Positions 59,548-63,845 of a DNA stretch of 63,845 nt are shown one piece after another (position 1 is the first letter of the stretch; the number at the start of each line of letters is the position of its first letter). This stretch comes from an uncultured bacterium (GTDB lineage Bacteria; Patescibacteriota; Microgenomatia; UBA1400; UBA12108). A program made the position numbers and the translations under genes. Below the pieces are notes generated by a model. That model saw only the letters and a list, made by a program, of their open reading frames with translations, searched no databases and was not told where the DNA came from. The stretch lies in NCBI GenBank assembly GCA_903945195.1, contig CAJAUT010000019.1, positions 1-63,845 on the forward strand. Direction: 5' to 3'.

Positions 59548-61215
59548 CAGAGTAGAAATTACAGGGGTTACGACACCTGTTTTTTCGTATATATCAATAC
59601 TTTTTTCAGGTTCTAGCGGATCTATAGTGTAAGCACGAATGTCGGCATTAGCTTTTCTTATAAACAAGTGCAAAATATCTTGATCCATCAATACTTTCCT
59701 ATCTAAGAGTTTTAGGTTCTGGCCTAAATTGCGGAATACTGTAGTCCTAGTCTCAAAGTCACCAGTATTAAAATCAGTCGCCGCCTTCACAGCAAAGTTA
59801 AATTTCTCCTCTGTATCACCCATAAAGTTCGCTACTCTTTGAGTTAGATCTGCTAATTTCTCTACAGCTTGCTTCTTGTTCTCCTCTAGCTCCCCTTTCC
59901 GTTTCATATATGCCTCAGTACTAATGATTTTACGATCCTTGTTCTCTGGTTGAGTATATTGCACCAACAAGCCGTCTAATTCTCTCTGAGTGCCACTAAC
60001 TACTTTTTGCAAGTTATCTAGAGCTTGAGCATTTACCGCTATCTGACCCTCTGTATTCGTCTTGAGTTGTTTGAGGACCCAATCACAGACTTTGGGTTTA
60101 ATCTCTAGCGACATCAAGTAATCATGAATTTGCGCCTCCAATGCCTCAATCCTAATCGTTTTCTGGGTACATTCATGATTCTTTTTCTTGGTACACGCCC
60201 CATAAATGTAATGTAGTCGTGTGGGGTCATCCATCTTATCTATTGCTAGTTCACACTTAGGACAAGTAGTTCTATTTCTTGAGGCAAACTTATATTTACA
60301 TCCACTACAGATCACTTGGTATTTCTCCTCTAGACAGATAGCGCTACCGCACTCTCCACACTGCATAAGCCCTCTGTACGGCAATGACACCGTTTTAGGC
60401 CGACTCTTACCCTTGTAGCCTAGTATCATCTGTATCTGATCGTATTCTCTATCTGTAATCATCGCTTCATGCCTACCCCTTACTCTCTGACCATCTGCTG
60501 TATAGATCCATCCCGCATAAAATTCGTTATGTAGGACCTTATAAAAATTACTTATGCCCATTGGCTTACCACCAATCCTTCTTGTCTTTGGCGTACGAAA
60601 TCCCCACTCCTCATTCAGTATCTCTAGAACTTTAGGAGGTGATTTGTAATTAATCACCATCTGTAATGCCCGTTTTATCAGATCAAATCGCTCAGGATCA
60701 TTAGCTAGAATGGGCTCACCAGTGGCAGGATCTTCTACAAACATATATCCTGAGTACTTCTTGATTGACCAACCTCGTAGTACCTTCTCCCTGTTTCCCC
60801 GCTTCACCGATTCGCTATTATCATCAGATGATTTTTTGCTCATAGCAAACTCAAGAGCCAGCATAAACTTACTATTGCCTGAGCCATCGGTGTACCCTGT
60901 AGGGGTCCTAATCCCCTTTATCACCCCAGAATCAAGCATGTAGATAATCATTCCCCCATCTAGGGAATTACGAGCTATACGGTTATATTGCCAAACCAAG
61001 ATTGCGTCAGCTTCCCCATCCTGCAATCTCTCCACCATCTTATTAAATTCTGGTCTCCCTACCTTGTAGGCACTCGCCGACTCTGTAAACCTATCTACTA
61101 TCTCCAGTCGTTCTTTTTGTGCGTATTCGTCCAACGCCCTCTTCTGAGCAGGCAAGGATAGCAACTGCCGATCCTCACTCTCCGTACTCTTGCGACAATA
61201 GATAAAATATTTCAT
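59488..61215 (-). CDS. large serine recombinase (integrase)
   Basis: N-terminal resolvase catalytic domain (YCRKSTESEDRQLLSLPAQ, catalytic Ser), a recombinase domain, a zinc ribbon (CGECGS...CSGC...CPKC) and a coiled coil. The last 20 codons are antisense to tRNA-Trp. Confidence 0.9.
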   Translation of the reverse strand: MKYFIYCRKSTESEDRQLLSLPAQKRALDEYAQKERLEIVDRFTESASAYKVGRPEFNKMVERLQDGEADAILVWQYNRIARNSLDGGMIIYMLDSGVIKGIRTPTGYTDGSGNSKFMLALEFAMSKKSSDDNSESVKRGNREKVLRGWSIKKYSGYMFVEDPATGEPILANDPERFDLIKRALQMVINYKSPPKVLEILNEEWGFRTPKTRRIGGKPMGISNFYKVLHNEFYAGWIYTADGQRVRGRHEAMITDREYDQIQMILGYKGKSRPKTVSLPYRGLMQCGECGSAICLEEKYQVICSGCKYKFASRNRTTCPKCELAIDKMDDPTRLHYIYGACTKKKNHECTQKTIRIEALEAQIHDYLMSLEIKPKVCDWVLKQLKTNTEGQIAVNAQALDNLQKVVSGTQRELDGLLVQYTQPENKDRKIISTEAYMKRKGELEENKKQAVEKLADLTQRVANFMGDTEEKFNFAVKAATDFNTGDFETRTTVFRNLGQNLKLLDRKVLMDQDILHLFIRKANADIRAYTIDPLEPEKSIDIYEKTGVVTPVISTLQARKGSNLRYFFWREESYR

Positions 61216-61230
61216 ATAATTACCTACATT

Positions 61231-61920
61231 TTACACATATATACCTCTTAAAAATATATCGTCTACCTCCTGACTTGTCATATTATCCATAGTTCTAGGA
61301 ATTATTGGGTTATCAAATTTCTGATTCTGATCTATCCACATCATATCTTCTGGCAATAAACCAGAATAACCATCATTCGTATATATCTCCTTATAATCAT
61401 ATAAGCTCCTTACTGTCTTCATATTCTTTATACCTAAATCATCCTTAAAAGAACTTAAAGCTTTAGTAGAGACTTCCCAGATCTGAGACGTAGATATTTT
61501 CGGAATATTTTCCTGTATTGCTCTGGTAATTATCATCTCACTATCGGAAAAACAAATATTCTCTAGTAATTTTTCTATCGTAATATTTCGTTCAGATAGC
61601 TCACACTGAGGCGCTTTGCCAAATACATATCTTTCGGGATTTTTCACTGCGTAAAGTTTTCTCTTCTTATCAGACAACTTCACAAATCTCTTACTCAACA
61701 AACATGTAAACCAATCATTTATACTCTCAGGTTTTTTATGAAATACACACTCTAATTCATCTGGGAAAAACTCAAATAAACCAAAGTTATCATGCCTATG
61801 ATCCCAATCCATAGTATCTAGCAAATACTCGTACAAACTCCACTGCTGCAAACTCAGGATCTTCCCACTTATTAGCAACCACCTATTCTTGTAACTTGGT
61901 CTATATCCATTACGCTTCAT
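61231..61920 (-). CDS. hypothetical protein of the integrative element
   Basis: 229-aa ORF. No motif recognised. Confidence 0.5.
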   Translation of the reverse strand: MKRNGYRPSYKNRWLLISGKILSLQQWSLYEYLLDTMDWDHRHDNFGLFEFFPDELECVFHKKPESINDWFTCLLSKRFVKLSDKKRKLYAVKNPERYVFGKAPQCELSERNITIEKLLENICFSDSEMIITRAIQENIPKISTSQIWEVSTKALSSFKDDLGIKNMKTVRSLYDYKEIYTNDGYSGLLPEDMMWIDQNQKFDNPIIPRTMDNMTSQEVDDIFLRGIYV

Positions 61921-62071
61921 ATTGACCTTTAGGGTGATCCCTATTAAATATTGCGGTAGCGATATTCACCAGACTCTCACCTATTCGTCTTACTTCATCC
62001 AAACTCAACTCAACCTGATATTCCGAGGCAATAATCTTTTTTAACTCTAAAATTTCAGAGTCTGGGATCAT
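61910..62071 (-). CDS. 53-aa hypothetical ORF (below track cutoff)
   Basis: MIPDSEILELKKIIASEYQVELSLDEVRRIGESLVNIATAIFNRDHPKGQYEA. Overlaps both neighbours (11 nt and 17 nt), which suggests translational coupling. Confidence 0.3.
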   Translation of the reverse strand: MIPDSEILELKKIIASEYQVELSLDEVRRIGESLVNIATAIFNRDHPKGQYEA

Positions 62072-62270
62072 CTGTCTCCTTTTCAGTCATACTTAAAACA
62101 TTACCGCCCAACACAAACTCCAAACCCTCTTCTACAAGGCTCTTAATGGACCTTTCCTGCTTCACCGCCTCTAACTTCGCATAGTAGAGCCACCCCGCAT
62201 CTATACGTACCAACTTTGTGCTATTGCTGTTTACTTGTTTATTCGCTGTGACTAACTTATTCATATACAA
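62055..62270 (-). CDS. ribbon-helix-helix-like small regulator (putative)
   Basis: KLVRIDAGWLYYAKLEAVKQERSIKSLVEEGLEFVL has a strand-helix-helix pattern. AGGAG SD. An inverted-repeat operator candidate lies upstream. Confidence 0.45.
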   Translation of the reverse strand: MYMNKLVTANKQVNSNSTKLVRIDAGWLYYAKLEAVKQERSIKSLVEEGLEFVLGGNVLSMTEKETDDPRL

Positions 62271-62285
62271 AAAATCTCCTGATTA

Positions 62286-62323
62286 GGGTGACTATCTAAT
62301 CAAGAGATTACTGGTAGTCACCC
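62286..62323. promoter_or_regulatory. 9-bp perfect inverted repeat GGGTGACTA-N20-TAGTCACCC upstream of the RHH gene
   Basis: Arms at 62286-62294 and 62315-62323, located 16-53 nt upstream of the ATG at 62270. Confidence 0.35.
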
Positions 62324-62336
62324 ATTTTTAGACAAC

Positions 62337-62368
62337 AAAAAAAGCCGCGACCTAAACTGGTCTCGGCT
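62337..62368 (-). terminator. intrinsic terminator after the repeat-protein gene
   Basis: On the minus strand, AGCCGAGACC-loop-GGTCGCGGCT (one mismatch) is followed by T7. Confidence 0.5.
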
Positions 62369-62446
62369 ATATTGCTCGTTATTAAGATAATAATATCACA
62401 AATCTAAGAATAAATCCATTAATGAATTAATATTGATATATCAATC

Positions 62447-63118
62447 TTAAGGATAAATATACATGCTATTGCCTATATTGCTTGCACTTGAGCCGTCACT
62501 ACCAAAAGTAGTGTTGCCGATATGAGTATAGATTGTCCCATCATTGGCAAATGTCGTATTGCCAATATTTGTGTAAGTTGAGCCATCATTACCAAATATC
62601 GTACTTCCAACTTGGGTATAGGTAGATCCATCGCTTCCAAAAGTGGTATTCCCTATTTTTGTAAAAGTATCGCCATCATTTCCATACAAAGTGGATCCAA
62701 CTTTAGTATAAGAACTACTTCCACCATAAACATCAATAACTGGTTCTTGACTCGCAACAGGGATACGAGTGATTATTTCGCTATTTACATCAGACTCATC
62801 TACTTCTAATTGATCTGATTTCAAATTGAAGCAACTATCTGGATTCATTACAAAAAACGCATCTATATCATCATCAGTGTAATCATATTTTTTCATTAAA
62901 TTAGTCAATTCTTGTTTATTAAATTGACAATGCTTAGCATCTAAGGACAAAGCTTTTGGTGAAGGGTTCATGGTTGGAATGATAGTTGGAGATGGACTTA
63001 CAACCACAATTGATTCTACTGGTGGAGAAGGGATTTGGATTGGAGTTTTTACGGTCATTACCAATGAACTAAATGAAATAATTATACTGGCTATCAACGC
63101 TCGCAAATAATTAATCAT
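62447..63118 (-). CDS. secreted protein with tandem 11-residue G-x-T-x-(F/Y)-G-x-D-G repeats
   Basis: N-terminal signal or anchor. The C-terminus holds about 7 units such as VGSTLYGNDGDTFTK, IGNTTFGSDGSTYTQ and VGSTIFGNDGSTYTN. Confidence 0.6.
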   Translation of the reverse strand: MINYLRALIASIIISFSSLVMTVKTPIQIPSPPVESIVVVSPSPTIIPTMNPSPKALSLDAKHCQFNKQELTNLMKKYDYTDDDIDAFFVMNPDSCFNLKSDQLEVDESDVNSEIITRIPVASQEPVIDVYGGSSSYTKVGSTLYGNDGDTFTKIGNTTFGSDGSTYTQVGSTIFGNDGSTYTNIGNTTFANDGTIYTHIGNTTFGSDGSSASNIGNSMYIYP

Positions 63119-63136
63119 AATTTGACTTAAATATTG

Positions 63137-63343
63137 CTATTTCCAGACTCCAATCAACACATTTCTTATCCACGTCATCACGATAATCGCCAGTACATAT
63201 CCCCAGATCACGTCTGAACTAGTAAACATCACAATTATTGTAATAACAGTTGCAAATAGCCAAATAGTATAAATAACCTTCTGCCAAACATTAGACATTT
63301 CAGGTTGACTAAAAAAATTTGATACTAACGCAAAAATATTCAT
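63137..63343 (-). CDS. small two-TM membrane protein
   Basis: 68 aa with two hydrophobic helices. Immediately upstream of the repeat-protein gene on the same strand. Confidence 0.45.
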   Translation of the reverse strand: MNIFALVSNFFSQPEMSNVWQKVIYTIWLFATVITIIVMFTSSDVIWGYVLAIIVMTWIRNVLIGVWK

Positions 63344-63425
63344 AAATTATCTCATAGCAAACTAACGTATATTTTAGCAATAATTCATAAATGCTACAAG
63401 GAGAAGCTGGTCTAGTAGTCCCATT

Positions 63426-63443
63426 TAGCCTAATTTTAGGCTA
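63426..63443. promoter_or_regulatory. perfect palindrome TAGCCTAA-TT-TTAGGCTA abutting the HTH gene ATG
   Basis: 8-bp arms with a 2-bp spacer, ending 1 nt before ATG 63444. No SD is present, so it may be an operator of a leaderless transcript. Confidence 0.4.
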
Positions 63444-63665
63444 ATGAAAACTATTACAAACACTCATAAGAAACTTGGTATAAGAATTAAAGAGTTACGC
63501 AAGCAACTTGGAATGACTCAAGAAGATCTAGCCTTCCAGGTAGGTGTAGACCGAAGTTATATGGGATTTGTAGAACGCGGAGAAAAGAACCCTACCCTTT
63601 CCAAGTTAACGAAAATCGCAAAGTCTCTCAAAGTATCGCTATCTGACTTCTTTCAAAGTATATAG
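63444..63665 (+). CDS. XRE-family HTH regulator resembling restriction-modification controller (C) proteins
   Basis: 73 aa. LGMTQEDLAFQVGVDRSYMGFVERGEKNPTLSKLTKIAKSL matches the C-protein/XRE pattern. Confidence 0.8.
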   Translation: MKTITNTHKKLGIRIKELRKQLGMTQEDLAFQVGVDRSYMGFVERGEKNPTLSKLTKIAKSLKVSLSDFFQSI

Positions 63666-63699
63666 ACCTTGAATATTCACTAGCCACCTTAGCTTCAAT

Positions 63700-63843
63700 T
63701 TAAATAATTAGTTTTTTGAATTTTCTTGGGACCAATGGGCTTAATTTAACTGCTTCACGAAGTTGATCTAGCAACGAAGCACTAACTACTTCTACCATAG
63801 GAACGTCATGATCACAAAGTTTTTGTCTTAATACTTCAAATGA
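63700..63843 (-). CDS. 3' end of a gene entering from beyond the window
   Basis: Open frame from the window edge to TAA at 63700-63702 (...VPMVEVVSASLLDQLREAVKLSPLVPRKFKKLII). Convergent with the HTH gene. Identity unknown. Confidence 0.3.
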   Translation of the reverse strand, partial: SFEVLRQKLCDHDVPMVEVVSASLLDQLREAVKLSPLVPRKFKKLII

Positions 63844-63845
63844 AA

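Larger units (their letters stand above)
59488..63845. mobile_element. integrative element with large serine recombinase adjacent to tRNA-Trp (right end beyond window)
   Basis: The recombinase gene abuts and overlaps the tRNA. An AT-richer block of orphan genes follows: an RHH regulator, a repeat protein and a C-protein-like HTH. No att duplicate is visible in the window. Confidence 0.5.

Noticed and set aside
1-63845. CRISPR arrays, rRNA genes, reverse transcriptase / DGR components, alternative genetic code
   Set aside because: No regularly spaced direct repeats, rRNA-like segments or YxDD-type RT motifs were seen. TGA clearly terminates genes, for example the GT2 stop in the ATGA overlap. 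The only tRNA found is a standard Trp(CCA), so code 11 fits.

Overview
The window reads as a compact, gene-dense chromosome segment that uses the standard code: TGA acts as a stop and a tRNA-Trp(CCA) is present. Most of it is housekeeping in mainly minus-strand operons: ABC-F, zwf/gnd, cysS, recR-ybaB-dnaX, ybeY, rpsU, rseP, tsf-rpsB, folD-folA-thyA opposite glyA, nrdJ, topA, pth, efp/epmA, mreB, def, fmt and rpmB. Several proteins are unusually short (EF-Ts 148 aa, DnaX 421 aa, DprA about 180 aa). That fits a reduced-genome, Patescibacteria/CPR-like bacterium, but this is inference only.

Accessory content:
- A cell-envelope glycan cluster (GH5, GT2 synthase, GT-C transferase, sortase with xAxTG substrates), split by a G+C-richer lipoprotein island.
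- Two nucleoside-deoxyribosyltransferase-like domains, each paired with a P-loop kinase.
- An orphan three-gene operon (20770-23548).
- Three orphan genes inserted between def and fmt.
- A soluble VirD4/TraD-like ATPase.
- A serine-recombinase integrative element next to, and overlapping, tRNA-Trp. It ends in a C-protein-like regulator at the window edge.

The most novel signals are in the non-coding DNA and in DNA-level repeats:
- A two-copy structured element with compensatory base changes.
- A 49-nt near-identical hairpin leader, once on glyA and once orphan.
- A GGTCAGACC palindromic repeat family that abuts stop codons and is inserted in frame into fmt.
- A DNA repeat shared by the nrdJ and epmA coding regions.

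All function calls rest on motifs I recognised by eye, and all coordinates were counted by hand. No database search was possible. I found no CRISPR array or rRNA.
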